A DNA stretch of 64,000 nt. It comes from an uncultured Pseudomonadota bacterium. Its GTDB lineage: Bacteria; Oederibacteriota; Muellerivitia; Muellerivitales; Muellerivitaceae. The stretch covers positions 288,001 through 352,000 of the forward strand of contig CAVYRH010000003.1 in the NCBI GenBank assembly GCA_963770835.1, in the 5' to 3' direction. Both the position numbers and the translations under genes were made by a program. This document shows, one piece after another, positions 48,683 to 59,734 of this stretch (position 1 is its first letter; each line of letters starts with the position of its first letter). The notes beneath the pieces are model-generated. The model was not told the origin of the DNA, searched no databases, and saw only the letters and a program-made list of their open reading frames with translations.

Positions 48683-49522
48683 ATGGCACAAACAATGGAA
48701 GCGATAACACTCAAAAACGAGGAGGCTAAGTCTGACATCCTCGAAAAGGCCAACGCCAAGACTTGGGATGGGCTTTCCCGCATGGCCTTCGCGGCCAATT
48801 GGGACCCGGAGGGTGCCATTGATTGGAACCAGCCCATCGAATTGGGTGGAATTAAAGAAGGCTGGATCAATATCCTCCACTATTTTTACGAGGGGGAATG
48901 GCAGGGGTTGGAAATCATCCAGCGTCTCATGAACAAAGCCGCCCACATGTTCAAAATCAACGAAATGGTTACCTATTACTCCACCCAGTGCTGCGACGAA
49001 GCCAAACACCTGTTCGTTTTTCGGAAGTATCTCTATAAGCTTAATTCTCCGCCAGCCAAACAAAAGGTGTTTGATTGGTTGGTCTGGTTGTCCACGAGTG
49101 GGCCAATGCCGGTGGAACGTTGGATACTGGCTACTTATTTCACCGAAACCATGGCTGGTGCCATTTTTCAAAAGTCATTGGAATTAGACAGCATCGATGC
49201 CACCGGAAAGGAAATGATCCGTCTCATGCTGAAAGACGAGTCCCGCCACATCGCCGGCACCAAACTTGGGGTCCAGACTTTGATGGACCATTCCGGACCC
49301 ATCAAAACCATTTTCCTTAAAATGTGGTGGAAATTATTCGTTCGTTTGGCCGTAAGAGAAGTCCGCAGCCTGAAACCCTATGGAGATCAGGTCGGCATGG
49401 ATCCAGAGTATATTCTGCAAAAGTTTTTCGCCAAGATGGCCGAGATGGAAGAATTCGACAAGAAGTTCTTGAGTGATGATTTCTGCAAAAGTTTTTTGAA
49501 AAAGACGAACGCTGCGGTCTGA
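48683..49522 (+). CDS. Ferritin-like diiron protein
   Basis: WDP...IDW, GEWQGLE, DEAKH, TETMA, KDESRH (two E...ExxH sets). Confidence 0.82.
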   Translation: MAQTMEAITLKNEEAKSDILEKANAKTWDGLSRMAFAANWDPEGAIDWNQPIELGGIKEGWINILHYFYEGEWQGLEIIQRLMNKAAHMFKINEMVTYYSTQCCDEAKHLFVFRKYLYKLNSPPAKQKVFDWLVWLSTSGPMPVERWILATYFTETMAGAIFQKSLELDSIDATGKEMIRLMLKDESRHIAGTKLGVQTLMDHSGPIKTIFLKMWWKLFVRLAVREVRSLKPYGDQVGMDPEYILQKFFAKMAEMEEFDKKFLSDDFCKSFLKKTNAAV

Positions 49523-49581
49523 TCACGGCTGGGTTTTCCACCGGTTTTATGAACGGAGTTTTCGGCAATCTTCAGGGGGAG

Positions 49582-50088
49582 ATGATGGGTAAAAGACTTT
49601 ATGTTGGAAGCCTTCCTTTTGAGACGACAGACGCGCAGTTACAGGAACTTTTTTCGGCTTGTGGACGTGTTGAAAGCGCCAAAGTGATCATGGACAAGGT
49701 GTCGGGGCGCTCCAAGGGATTCGGGTTTGTTGAAATGGCCACGGATTTGGAAGCACAGGCCGCCATTCAAAAGTTTAACGGCGGTTCGGTTGGTTCCAGG
49801 ACCATCGTTGTCAATGAGGCACGCCCCATGGAAGACCGCAAAGGTGGGGGCGGAGGTTTCCAAGGTAACCGCGGAGCCGGCGGAGGCCGCCGAGAGGGTG
49901 GGTTCGGCGGAGGCAACCGCGAGGGTGGTTTTGGCGGGAACCGTCGGGAAGGTGGCCTTGGAGGTGGAAACCGCAGGGATGGTGGATTTGGCGGCGGGAA
50001 AGACGATTTTGGCGGGGGGCGCCGCAGAGACAATCGCGGAGGTGGACGCAAAAATTCCAACGGCGGAGACTTTGGAAACCGTTGGTAA
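49582..50088 (+). CDS. RRM RNA-binding protein with Gly/Arg-rich tail
   Basis: RNP2 LYVGSL, RNP1 KGFGFVEM, VNEARP, repeated GGNRREGGFG. Confidence 0.95.
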   Translation: MMGKRLYVGSLPFETTDAQLQELFSACGRVESAKVIMDKVSGRSKGFGFVEMATDLEAQAAIQKFNGGSVGSRTIVVNEARPMEDRKGGGGGFQGNRGAGGGRREGGFGGGNREGGFGGNRREGGLGGGNRRDGGFGGGKDDFGGGRRRDNRGGGRKNSNGGDFGNRW

Positions 50089-50115
50089 TGACAAGTTAAG
50101 TTGATAACCTATCGG

Positions 50116-50147
50116 AAGCCTTCTTCGAATACGAAAGAAGGCTTTTT
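50116..50147 (+). terminator. Intrinsic terminator
   Basis: AAGCCTTCTTCG-AATA-CGAAAGAAGGCTT followed by a T-run. Confidence 0.8.
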
Positions 50148-50306
50148 GATTTAGAGTTCCAACAAAAGTCGCACAACAGAGTTAAATACAACCAAAAAAT
50201 CCCAATATCAAAAGAATTAATCTGATGCCTCTTCGATGTTGTTCGTGGCTCTGGGGTTTTTGAAGGGTTCCACCGCTTACCATTTTTAAAATACAAGGAT
50301 CGAACT

Positions 50307-51959
50307 TTGGGAAAACTTTCATTTATTCCGTTAGGTGGCCTAGGCGAAATCGGTAAGAACATGGCCTTGCTGGAGTACGAAGGCCAGGCGGTCATGATCG
50401 ACGCGGGGCTTATGTTCCCGGATGAGATGCACCCGGGGGTCGATTACATCATTCCCGACTTCAACTTCCTCGCGGAAACCCCGGGCCGACTGAAAGCCGT
50501 CCTCCTCACCCACGGCCACGAGGACCATATCGGGGCTGTTCCTTACCTCCTCCAGAAGCTCAATGTGCCTATTTATGGGACCAAGCTGACCTTAGGGTTT
50601 GTGAAGGCGAAGTTGGAAGAATTTAAACTGGAATCTCCGCCTACTTTCATCGAGGTGGACCCCAAGAAGCCCTTTGACGTGGGGCCTTTCCATATCGAAT
50701 TCATCCGGGTTACCCACAGTATCGTGGACGGGTGCGGAATCGCCATCACGACTCCCGCGGGAGTCGTGATCCACACAGGGGATTTTAAGATCGATCCGAC
50801 CCCTATGGACGGCGTCCCCATCGACCTTAACCGCTTCGCCGATTACGGTTCCAAGGGAGTTTTGGTGCTCATGTCCGATTCCACCAACGTGGAAAGGGAA
50901 GGCTACACCCTCTCGGAAAAGGTGGTGGGCGAGGAATTTGAGAGGATATTCCCCAAGGCTAAGCGCCGCATTATCGTGGCCTGTTTCGCCAGCAACATCC
51001 ACCGCGTCCAGCAAGTAATCGAGGCGGCCAAGAAGGTGGGCCGCAAGGTCTGCATCATGGGCCGAAGCATGGTGCGCAACACCCAGGTGGCCCGGGATCT
51101 GGGCTTCATGCACGTGCCCACCAACCTGCTGGTCCAGCCCGACAACCTGAAGGGGATGGATCCCAAGGAAGTGGTCATCGTGACCACGGGAAGTCAAGGG
51201 GAGCCCATGAGCAGCGTCTCCCGCATGGCCATGGGGGACCACAAGCAGATTTCCCTCCAACCGGACGACATGGTGCTCTTGTCCGCCCGCACGATTCCGG
51301 GAAACGAAAGGGCCATTTCCAACATCATCAACCTGCTTTACCGCCGCGGGGCGGAAGTCTTGTATGAGGCGGTTTCCGAAATCCACGTCTCGGGCCACGC
51401 CTGCCGGGAAGAACAGAAAATTATGATCGCCCTGGTGAAACCGAAGTATTTCATCCCCGTGCACGGGGAATACCGCCATTTGGTGTTGCACGCCCGCCTG
51501 GCCGAGGAAATGGGTCTCCCGCCGGAAAATACCATCATCTTGGAAAACGGCGAGAAGTTCATGATCGAGGGGGAAGAGGCGCGGATCGAGAAGGAACTCT
51601 CCAGCGGCACCATCCTGGTGGACGGAAAACACATCTCCGACGTAGGAGAAGTGGTGCTGCGCGACCGCTTGCACTTGTCCCAGGACGGCGTGGTGGTCGG
51701 GCTGGTCACGGTCGACATGGCCAAGGGTAAAATCGTTGGTGGGCCGGACCTGGTGACCCGTGGTTTTACCGAAAGTCTGTCGGACGAGCTGATGAATGAA
51801 GCCAAGGAATTGCTTAAAAGGACCCTGGAGGAAGAAATCCACGATAAGATCACCGACTGGTCCACCATCAAGGAGACCATGCGGAAAACGCTTCAAAAAT
51901 ATTTCTCTCAAAAGTCCAATCGCAGGCCCATGATCATGCCGGTGATCATGGAAATTTAG
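50307..51959 (+). CDS. rnj: Ribonuclease J
   Basis: PLGGLGEIGKN, THGHEDHIG, HTGDFKID, FASNIHRVQQ, TGSQGEP, HVSGHA, PVHGEYRH. TTG start. Confidence 0.97.
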   Translation: MGKLSFIPLGGLGEIGKNMALLEYEGQAVMIDAGLMFPDEMHPGVDYIIPDFNFLAETPGRLKAVLLTHGHEDHIGAVPYLLQKLNVPIYGTKLTLGFVKAKLEEFKLESPPTFIEVDPKKPFDVGPFHIEFIRVTHSIVDGCGIAITTPAGVVIHTGDFKIDPTPMDGVPIDLNRFADYGSKGVLVLMSDSTNVEREGYTLSEKVVGEEFERIFPKAKRRIIVACFASNIHRVQQVIEAAKKVGRKVCIMGRSMVRNTQVARDLGFMHVPTNLLVQPDNLKGMDPKEVVIVTTGSQGEPMSSVSRMAMGDHKQISLQPDDMVLLSARTIPGNERAISNIINLLYRRGAEVLYEAVSEIHVSGHACREEQKIMIALVKPKYFIPVHGEYRHLVLHARLAEEMGLPPENTIILENGEKFMIEGEEARIEKELSSGTILVDGKHISDVGEVVLRDRLHLSQDGVVVGLVTVDMAKGKIVGGPDLVTRGFTESLSDELMNEAKELLKRTLEEEIHDKITDWSTIKETMRKTLQKYFSQKSNRRPMIMPVIMEI

Positions 51960-51964
51960 GTCTT

Positions 51965-52303
51965 TTAATTTTCGTTGTGTCGACATCTATGCAGAGAATA
52001 TGGGGGGCCATCCACTGGATTTTTCAGGCGGCCCGCGCGGGCAGTCACACAGAGGTTGCCTGAAGCCAGTGAAATGTGAGGTTCCGCAAAGAAAAGGTCC
52101 AAGCAGTTATAAACCACCGAATGGTAACAGACCTTCAAAAGATGGTCGGTTTTCTTGGAGCAGACTGGAAGAGTTTTTTTCGATCCGAGAGCTTGGTCTA
52201 TTTTAGAGAAAGTCTTCGTCACCTGTACCCCGTCCTGGGTCAAAAGAAACAAACATTCAAGCTTGGGAAAAACTGTCAAGAGCTGTGGGAACCTTTCTTC
52301 CAT
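51965..52303 (-). pseudogene. Probable remnant of an EAL-associated (YkuI_C/PDC-type) sensor domain
   Basis: LECLFLLTQDGVQVT...KKTDHLLK...EPHISLASGNLCVT resembles the C-terminal domain of EAL proteins. No EAL domain present and the tail looks degenerate. Confidence 0.5.
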
Positions 52304-52354
52304 CCTTCTCCAATATCTGCAACAAATACCCTTGGTTTAAAGGGTCCGGCCGGC

Positions 52355-53281
52355 TTAGTGGGTTTGTTCCGCTAGCCACCGCTCCGCTTCAATAGCCGCC
52401 ATGCAACCCATTCCCGCCGCAGAGATGGCTTGGCGGTAGTAATGGTCCGCCACGTCGCCGGCTGCGAAAACGCCGGGAATATTGGTGATGGTTTTTGGAG
52501 GGGACGGTAATTTTAGGTAGCCGACTTCGTCCATATCCAACTGGCCCTTAAAAATGGAAGTGTTCGGGGTGTGGCCTATGGCGAAAAAAAGACCGGTGAA
52601 AGGGTGTTCTTTTTCCTCGGCTGTTTTCAAGTTTTTGACCTTGAGCCCCTTCAGCTCTTTTTCACCAATCAGTTCCGTCACTACGGAATTCATCATCCAG
52701 TGAATTTTGGGATTGGCCTTGGCACGCGCCAACATGATTTTTGAAGCACGGAATTCGTCCCGGCGGTGAATGAGGGTCACGCTCTTGCCGAATTTCGTGA
52801 GGAATGTGGCTTCTTCCATAGCCGAATCGCCGCCCCCGACGACCGCGATTTCCTGGTTTTTGAAGAAAAATCCATCACAAGTGGCACAGGCTGAAACGCC
52901 ATGACCTACCATTTCCATTTCTCCGGGCACGCCGCCGTACTTAGCCGAAGCGCCTGTACTGATAATAACCGTTTCGGCTTCCAATACCTCTTTCTCGTCT
53001 ATCCAAAGCCTGAATGGCCGTTTTGAGAAATCGACTTTGTTGACGAAGCCCGTTTTGAAGCGGGTGCCGAACCGCGCCGCCTGTTGTTTCATGTTTTCCA
53101 TCAATTGAGGGCCCATGATGCCCTCGGGGAAACCGGGAAAATTCTCCACTTCAGTGGTGGTGGTTAACTGGCCGCCAGGCTGAGGTCCATCAATTAAAAG
53201 CGGGGCTAAATTAGCGCGGGAGGCGTAGAGCGCGGCGGTATAACCTGCCGGGCCAGAGCCGATGATGACCACTTTTTCCAT
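52355..53281 (-). CDS. trxB: Thioredoxin reductase
   Basis: [47 protein letters not shown]. Confidence 0.97.
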   Translation of the reverse strand: MEKVVIIGSGPAGYTAALYASRANLAPLLIDGPQPGGQLTTTTEVENFPGFPEGIMGPQLMENMKQQAARFGTRFKTGFVNKVDFSKRPFRLWIDEKEVLEAETVIISTGASAKYGGVPGEMEMVGHGVSACATCDGFFFKNQEIAVVGGGDSAMEEATFLTKFGKSVTLIHRRDEFRASKIMLARAKANPKIHWMMNSVVTELIGEKELKGLKVKNLKTAEEKEHPFTGLFFAIGHTPNTSIFKGQLDMDEVGYLKLPSPPKTITNIPGVFAAGDVADHYYRQAISAAGMGCMAAIEAERWLAEQTH

Positions 53282-53367
53282 GTCGATTCCTCACTTTATT
53301 TGTCTTTTATGGATTCAGAAACGTATGTAACTTAGGACTTAGGGCTCTAACAAGTCAAGATTTAGAG

Positions 53368-54945
53368 TCAAGGGGCCGGAAACAGCTTTTGGTGGTATTG
53401 ATCCAGCTCTTCCTGTCTCTTGTTCTCATCCCAATTTAGAAGTTCTGCCATCAGGCGGGACGTCTTTTCCGCCGCCTCGCCCCACCTTTCCTGACTATAT
53501 CCGAGCTCCAGACGACGCAGGAGCACATCCTCGAGGTGGAAGGCTTTTTCTTTTTGAACGGCATAGACTACCTGGGCAAGGATTTCAGGCCGGGATGGAT
53601 GCAGGCGTTCTAAAAGCCGGGGGTCAGCCTGTGCAAGCCTTAAAATGTCCTCACCTTTTTGGCCGTACAGTCGAGCCAAATGGCCGGCTTGCTCACCTCC
53701 AATGCCATACGCCGAGATCCATTGCCGGGGTTCTTTGGTTAGAAATAAATCCCAAGATTTTTCAGGTGTACCCGGTAATCTATCGAGTTTTTGGCCTGGT
53801 GGCCTTCTTCCCAAGTGTTTCAGGATAAGTTTCAAGGTTTTTTGGGCCATGGAATGGTAGGTGGTAAGCTTTCCCCCGACGATGGTAAATAAGTTCCCGC
53901 TGACAAGGATTTTATCCTCCCGGGAAACGGCAGAGGCGCGCCCGATATCCGACCAGGCTAGTGGACGCAGGCCCGCGAAAGCGGAGATCACTCTTTCACG
54001 TCCCCAGGAGACGTTGGGAAAAATTCTAGAAGCTTCCAGCAGAAGATAATTTATTTCTTCTTCGGTGGGATGAACTTTGTCCGGATCTTCAGAATCATCC
54101 AAATCGGTGGTACCTACTAGGCTGTTACCCCGCCAAGGGATAATAAAAATGACACGGTTATCCTTTTGGGACATTACTAGCACCGCATGATGGCGTAGTA
54201 CCTCGGGCACTACGATGTGGGTTCCCCGGGTCGGGCGAACCAGGTGTAGAGAGTCGTCGGATATAAGTCTGCCAGTTTGATTAGCCCAAGGCCCCGAGGC
54301 GTTCACGAGGCAGGAAGCAGCAATAGTGCCTTCCTCACCTGACTGCTCATGGTGGAAGAACACGCGGGATTCGGATAGTTGCCGATCGATTTGAGTGACA
54401 CGGCAATAGTTGAAGCAATAAGCGCCAAAATTTTCGGCAGCCAGGACGTTTTCCAATACCAGCCGCGCATCGTTGACCTGGGCATCGTAGTAAAGTCCAC
54501 AACCCACCAAATTTTTCATATTTAATGTTGGCGCCTCCATAAGGGCTGCGGAAGGGGAAAGCCATTGGTGCCGGGAGATATTCTTGGCTCCGGCCAGCAG
54601 GTCATACAACCATAATCCAGTTTTGACCATCCAGGCGGGGCGGTTGTCTCCCTTGTAAGATGGTAAAAGAAAAGAGATGGGGTGAACTAAATGGGGGGCC
54701 ATAACCATTAAGCGATGTCTTTCGTGGAGCGCCTCAAAGACCAAGGAAAACCGACCTTGTTCCAAATAGCGGATGCCTCCGTGGACTAGTTTGGTGGATT
54801 TGCTGGAAGTACCTGAACCGAAGTCTCCCTTTTCCAAAAGGACCACAGAAAGCCCTGCGCGAGCCGCCTGGGCCGCTAAGCCCGCCCCATTGATTCCGCC
54901 GCCGATAATGGCAAGGTCAACCTTGGAAATTTCCGAGGGATTCAT
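53368..54945 (-). CDS. glpD: FAD-dependent glycerol-3-phosphate dehydrogenase
   Basis: IIGGGINGAG, DFGSGTSSKSTKLVHGGIRYLE, DARL, GTTD, AGLRPL, GGKLTTY. Confidence 0.93.
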   Translation of the reverse strand: MNPSEISKVDLAIIGGGINGAGLAAQAARAGLSVVLLEKGDFGSGTSSKSTKLVHGGIRYLEQGRFSLVFEALHERHRLMVMAPHLVHPISFLLPSYKGDNRPAWMVKTGLWLYDLLAGAKNISRHQWLSPSAALMEAPTLNMKNLVGCGLYYDAQVNDARLVLENVLAAENFGAYCFNYCRVTQIDRQLSESRVFFHHEQSGEEGTIAASCLVNASGPWANQTGRLISDDSLHLVRPTRGTHIVVPEVLRHHAVLVMSQKDNRVIFIIPWRGNSLVGTTDLDDSEDPDKVHPTEEEINYLLLEASRIFPNVSWGRERVISAFAGLRPLAWSDIGRASAVSREDKILVSGNLFTIVGGKLTTYHSMAQKTLKLILKHLGRRPPGQKLDRLPGTPEKSWDLFLTKEPRQWISAYGIGGEQAGHLARLYGQKGEDILRLAQADPRLLERLHPSRPEILAQVVYAVQKEKAFHLEDVLLRRLELGYSQERWGEAAEKTSRLMAELLNWDENKRQEELDQYHQKLFPAP

Positions 54946-55290
54946 TTTGCTTTCCGTTAATGAAGAAGTTATGGGTTTAAACCCAATATAATAGCCTATA
55001 GGTATTGAAAGACATGGATATGCAACATACTATCAAGTTCAAGCGTTTGACCGTGTTTGGCTTAAGCCTGGGTTTTTCAAGTTTTCTACCTGCTATCGAG
55101 ACTCCCAAATTGACGTAGGATTGAGCCACCGGTAAGATGGGGCCTGTTTTATGGACTTTTGCCGATTACGTGAAAAACGGGAGTGGCGCACCCAAGTTGA
55201 CAATTTAAGTTTATGGACAGAAACGACGAAACTGGGTAGGTGCCAGCCTTCTTATGTCAAAATTGGAGATATAATCGCCACTTGTTCAAT

Positions 55291-55375
55291 GCGAGGGTGG
55301 CGAAATTGGCAGACGCACCAGATTTAGGTTCTGGCGGGGTAACCCGTGGGGGTTCAACTCCCCCCCCTCGCACCA
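55291..55375 (+). tRNA. tRNA-Leu (TAG)
   Basis: Acceptor GCGAGGG/CCCTCGC plus ACCA; anticodon arm CCAGA-TTTAGGT-TCTGG; long variable arm; GGTTCAACTCC. TATAAT at 55270. Confidence 0.96.
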
Positions 55376-55441
55376 ATCTTCGAAACCGCGGGATTTTTTA
55401 CCGCAAAATAAGGCAAATTTTAATTTTAAATTAACTAAGGA

Positions 55442-56731
55442 GTGGCCGTGAAAGTCAGCGTAAATAACGTTTCTGGTTGTGCCAAGGAAGTCCACGTGGA
55501 AGTTCCCGCGGAGGATGTTCAAAACAAAGTGAACGGCATTTATGGTCGTATTTCACGTGAGGCCAAGTTGCCGGGTTTCCGCAAGGGAAAGGCCCCCTTG
55601 GAGGTCATCAAAAAACAATACAAGTCCGCTGTCCGGGAAGAAATCATTCACCACGAACTACCGGAGTTTTTTCGATCGGCACTCACCGATCAGAAGATCG
55701 ATCCGGTCGCTCAGCCCCAAATCTCTCATCTCCAATTCGAGGAAGGTGCGCCCCTAAAGTTTATCGCGACAGTTGAAATCAAACCCGAATTCCAATTGAA
55801 GGACTATAAAGGTTTGAAAGTTAAGAAAGAAAAACCCACGGTTACGGAAGAGGAAGTGGACAAGGCATTAGATAATATGCGAGAGCAGATGGCCCAGTTT
55901 GTTCCTGTGGAGGATCGGCCGGTCCAAACGGACGATTTGATAGTCATTGACTTTGAAGGGAAGATCGGAGGCAAGCCTTTTGAAGGGGGTAAGTCATCCC
56001 GTTATCCGGTGCTTTTAGGAAGTAATAGTCTATTGAAAGACTTTGAATCGAACCTTATTGGTATCAAGAAAGGCGAGATCAAAACTTTTAAAATGACGTT
56101 CCCGCAGGATTATGGAAAAAAGGAAGTCGCAGGGCAAGAAGCTGAATTTATGGTGGCTCTCCATGAAATTAAGGAAAAGAAACTTCCCGTGGTGGATAAC
56201 GACTTTGCAAAAGACGCAGGGAAATGCGATACCGTGAAAGAGTTCAGAGAGAAGCTGGAAGCTCAAATCAAAGCTGCCAAGGAAGTCGAACAGAGATCGA
56301 AGATGGTTGAGCAGATTAGTGATAAATTGCTGGCCCTCCATCCTTTCGACGTTCCAGTTTCTTTGGTTAATATGGAGCAACAGCGCCTTGTACAACAGGG
56401 TGTTGACCGTTTAAAGCGACAAGGGATCGATGTCAATAAGCTTGCGGATGACCAGAAGAAAGAATTCGTTGAAAAGCTTCGCCCGGTAGCTCAAAAGAAC
56501 GTTCAGATGGCGCTAATCGTCGAGAAAATCGCCGAAACCGAGAAAATAACCTGTGAGGAGAAGGATTTAGAGGCTTATTACGCAAAAGTCGCTCAGAGTT
56601 CCAATCAACCGTTGGATGTTGTGAAACGCTATTTAAAGCAGCAAGAAAATACGGAATCCATCAAAGAATGGATTCAATATGAGAAAACACTCGATTATTT
56701 AATCGCGCAGGCAAAGATTGAGGCCGCATAG
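55442..56731 (+). CDS. tig: Trigger factor
   Basis: LPGFRKGKAP ribosome-binding motif, FKBP segment IDFEGKIGGKPFEGG, FPQDY. Confidence 0.96.
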   Translation: MAVKVSVNNVSGCAKEVHVEVPAEDVQNKVNGIYGRISREAKLPGFRKGKAPLEVIKKQYKSAVREEIIHHELPEFFRSALTDQKIDPVAQPQISHLQFEEGAPLKFIATVEIKPEFQLKDYKGLKVKKEKPTVTEEEVDKALDNMREQMAQFVPVEDRPVQTDDLIVIDFEGKIGGKPFEGGKSSRYPVLLGSNSLLKDFESNLIGIKKGEIKTFKMTFPQDYGKKEVAGQEAEFMVALHEIKEKKLPVVDNDFAKDAGKCDTVKEFREKLEAQIKAAKEVEQRSKMVEQISDKLLALHPFDVPVSLVNMEQQRLVQQGVDRLKRQGIDVNKLADDQKKEFVEKLRPVAQKNVQMALIVEKIAETEKITCEEKDLEAYYAKVAQSSNQPLDVVKRYLKQQENTESIKEWIQYEKTLDYLIAQAKIEAA

Positions 56732-56790
56732 AAAATTAAAAAGAATTTTGAAGGTTTAATTCAGAATTCACCAAGACTTTGGAGGGATTT

Positions 56791-57390
56791 ATGGCGCTTA
56801 TTCCAATTGTGGTAGAGCAAACCAATCGTGGTGAGAGATCTTATGACATTTACTCCCGCCTCTTAAAAGACCGGATCGTCATGCTGGGCACGCCGATCAA
56901 TGATGATGTCGCCAACACCATTATTGCCCAACTATTATTTCTGGAATCGGAAGATCCGGATAAGGATATCAACCTTTACATCAATAGTCCCGGCGGCGTT
57001 GTTACTTCAGGCATGGCCATTTACGACACCATTCAGTTCATGAAGGCGCCAGTATCGACGATTTGCGTTGGCCAGGCCGCCAGCATGGGAGCTTTGCTCT
57101 TGACGGCTGGGGCCAAGGGCAAGCGGTACGCCTTGCCTAATGCCCAAATCATGATCCACCAACCATCGGGGGGCACCCAGGGGCAAGCAACGGATATTGA
57201 GATCCACGCCAAAGAAATCTTGAAGACTCGGGAGAGGCTGAACAAAATTTTGGCATTCCATACAGGGCAACCCCTGGAGAAAATAGAAGACGATGTCGAG
57301 AGGGATCATTTTCTCACGGCTGAGGAAGCCAAAGAATATGGCTTGATTGACGACATCCTGACCAAACGGCCTGACATCAAGAAAAAATAA
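56791..57390 (+). CDS. clpP: ClpP protease
   Basis: [39 protein letters not shown]. Confidence 0.98.
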   Translation: MALIPIVVEQTNRGERSYDIYSRLLKDRIVMLGTPINDDVANTIIAQLLFLESEDPDKDINLYINSPGGVVTSGMAIYDTIQFMKAPVSTICVGQAASMGALLLTAGAKGKRYALPNAQIMIHQPSGGTQGQATDIEIHAKEILKTRERLNKILAFHTGQPLEKIEDDVERDHFLTAEEAKEYGLIDDILTKRPDIKKK

Positions 57391-57524
57391 GAAGGCCAGC
57401 CCTTTAAAAGCGGTTGGAGTGGGTGTCAGTTTTCGATAAAACAGGTAAGATATTGGGGAGATTCACTGGGTAGCAGGCATGGGGCCTGATCCTTTTCCTT
57501 AAATTTAAATAAGGACTGATTGTT

Positions 57525-58790
57525 ATGGCTGGCGAGAAAGACAAATCTTCTTTTTTGCGGTGTTCCTTCTGTGGCAAGACACAGGACGAGGTCAAGAAAC
57601 TCGTCGCGGGCCCTACAGTTTATATTTGCAATGAGTGCGTGGCGCTTTGCAACGACATACTGAAGGAAGAGGATAAAATTGAAGTCAAAAGTGGAAGTCC
57701 CAAGGGCAGGATATCGGTCCCTAAGCCCTCGGAAATCAAGGAAATCTTAGATGAATACGTCATTGGTCAGGAAAAGTCCAAGAAAATTCTGGCCGTGGCA
57801 GTCCACAACCACTATAAACGTCTCGTCGTAAAAAACGGTCCTGAAGACGTCGAGCTTCAAAAAAGCAATGTTCTACTCATTGGCCCCACGGGAGTTGGAA
57901 AAACTTTACTTGCTCAAACCCTGGCTCGTATTTTGGATGTGCCTTTTGCCGTTGCAGATGCCACTACTCTCACGGAAGCCGGTTATGTAGGTGAGGATGT
58001 GGAAAACATTATTTTGAAGCTTCTCCAGAATTCGGAATTCGACGTCAAACGGGCAGAGCGGGGGATTATTTATATCGATGAAATCGACAAGATCAGCCGG
58101 AAGTCGGAAAACCCTAGCATTACCCGTGACGTGTCAGGAGAGGGTGTCCAGCAGGCTCTTTTGAAAATCATCGAGGGAACCGAAGTTAATGTTCCTCCCC
58201 AAGGCGGACGCAAGCACCCTCACCAGGAATACATCAAGGTGGACTCCAGCAATATTCTTTTCATTTGTGGCGGGGCTTTTGTCGGCTTGGAAAAGATCGT
58301 TGAAAACCGCTTGGGACGGCGCAGCATTGGCTTTAAGGGAGAGGCTCTCAGCCGTCAGGAAAAGAAATTGGGTGAATTATTTGAGCAAGTCCAGCCCGAG
58401 GACCTAATCAAGTTCGGCCTGATTCCGGAATTTATCGGGCGGCTCCCGGTTGTGGCGGCCTTGCATGAGCTGGACGAGGACACGTTGGTGCGGGTTCTGA
58501 CCGAACCCAAAAATGCCTTGACCAAGCAATATCAACGTTATTTCGAAATAGAAAACGTCAAGCTCAAATTCACGCCTGAAGCCTTAAAGGCAGTTTCTAG
58601 GGAAGCTATTAAGCGGCATTCAGGAGCCCGTGGTCTTCGTTCCATCCTAGAGGAAGTAATGATGGAGTTGATGTATGACATACCCTCTCGGAAGGATATT
58701 AAAGAAGTGGTTATAACCGAAGGGGTAATCCTCAAAAGAGAAGAGCCGATACTGGTTTATCAAAAGGGCCGCGGCGAGAACACTGCTTAA
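57525..58790 (+). CDS. clpX: ClpX ATPase
   Basis: CSFCGK..ICNECV zinc finger, [21 protein letters not shown] loop. Confidence 0.98.
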   Translation: MAGEKDKSSFLRCSFCGKTQDEVKKLVAGPTVYICNECVALCNDILKEEDKIEVKSGSPKGRISVPKPSEIKEILDEYVIGQEKSKKILAVAVHNHYKRLVVKNGPEDVELQKSNVLLIGPTGVGKTLLAQTLARILDVPFAVADATTLTEAGYVGEDVENIILKLLQNSEFDVKRAERGIIYIDEIDKISRKSENPSITRDVSGEGVQQALLKIIEGTEVNVPPQGGRKHPHQEYIKVDSSNILFICGGAFVGLEKIVENRLGRRSIGFKGEALSRQEKKLGELFEQVQPEDLIKFGLIPEFIGRLPVVAALHELDEDTLVRVLTEPKNALTKQYQRYFEIENVKLKFTPEALKAVSREAIKRHSGARGLRSILEEVMMELMYDIPSRKDIKEVVITEGVILKREEPILVYQKGRGENTA

Positions 58791-58858
58791 AGCGGACTGG
58801 GTTTTAGTACTCAAACTTCTATCAAATACGGCAATATTTCGGATATTGCTCTCGTCAA

Positions 58859-59734
58859 TTGCAAACGGTTAAAAATGAGTTGCCTTTGAAAATTTTTGAA
58901 TTCAATCCTGGTTCAACAAAACGACTTCTCCACTTGGCCCATGCAAATGGTTTTTTGCCTCCTACCTACCGTGAAGCTTTAGAACAGCTTTTTCCTTACT
59001 TTCGTGTCGTTGCCTTGGCCCCCCGACCTATTTGGAATAATACTCCACCCGAATGGCTTAAGTCTTGGTCTCAAATGAAAGATGATTTACTAATGGGGTT
59101 GAAGGAAATGGGGGCTCAAAAGGTGGTCGGTGTGGGGCACAGCTTGGGCGGGGTCCTGACACTTTACGCGGCGGTCAAGCAACCTGATCTTTTTAGCCAT
59201 GTCGTCCTGATTGACCCTACTATGCTGTCGCCCAAACTATTATGGCAAATCAGGCTTATGAAGTTCTTTGGCTTTGAGGCCCGTTCTTTCTTGATTAAGG
59301 GTGCTCTGCGGCGAAAGCGGGACTGGGAAAATTCGGAAGCTGCTTACAAATATTTCAGAGGGAGACAACTCTTTAAGAATTGGTCTAATGAAATGGTAAG
59401 AGCCTATACAGAAAGTATTACCGCTCCCTCTCCTGTGGGCGGAATATGTCTTGTTTACCCGCCTGAGTGGGAAGCCCGGATTTATAGAACTATCCCCACG
59501 GATGTTTGGAAGTTTGCTAAGCAGTTACAGCTACCTACGCTTGTTGTTCGTGGTGAGAATTCCAATACCTTTACTGCCGATGGCGAGAAAATCTTTCGAA
59601 AATTAAATCCAAAGGCAGTTTTTAAGGTTGTTCAAAACGCAGGACATTTGCTGTCTCAAGAAAAACCGAAAGAAATCGGAAGACTGATTTTGGAATTTCT
59701 AGAAGGAAATAACTTTGTGAGAAATGTTTCTTAA
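58859..59734 (+). CDS. Alpha/beta hydrolase
   Basis: HANGF oxyanion motif, GHSLGG nucleophile, C-terminal AGHL. Confidence 0.9.
   Translation: MQTVKNELPLKIFEFNPGSTKRLLHLAHANGFLPPTYREALEQLFPYFRVVALAPRPIWNNTPPEWLKSWSQMKDDLLMGLKEMGAQKVVGVGHSLGGVLTLYAAVKQPDLFSHVVLIDPTMLSPKLLWQIRLMKFFGFEARSFLIKGALRRKRDWENSEAAYKYFRGRQLFKNWSNEMVRAYTESITAPSPVGGICLVYPPEWEARIYRTIPTDVWKFAKQLQLPTLVVRGENSNTFTADGEKIFRKLNPKAVFKVVQNAGHLLSQEKPKEIGRLILEFLEGNNFVRNVS

Noticed and set aside
50592..51986. 464-aa minus-strand ORF opposite rnj (similarly 3577-4785 opposite the secretin)
   Set aside because: Antisense shadow of a GC3-rich gene with no recognisable motifs.
40297..52350. Integrative element or prophage at tRNA-Gln
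   Set aside because: No integrase, no phage genes, and no duplicated tRNA 3' end seen.
54960..55260. Possible ncRNA or small gene between glpD and tRNA-Leu
   Set aside because: Only a short signal-peptide-like ORF (MQHTIKFKRLTVFGLSLG) is visible, with no recognisable RNA family motif. Cannot be supported.
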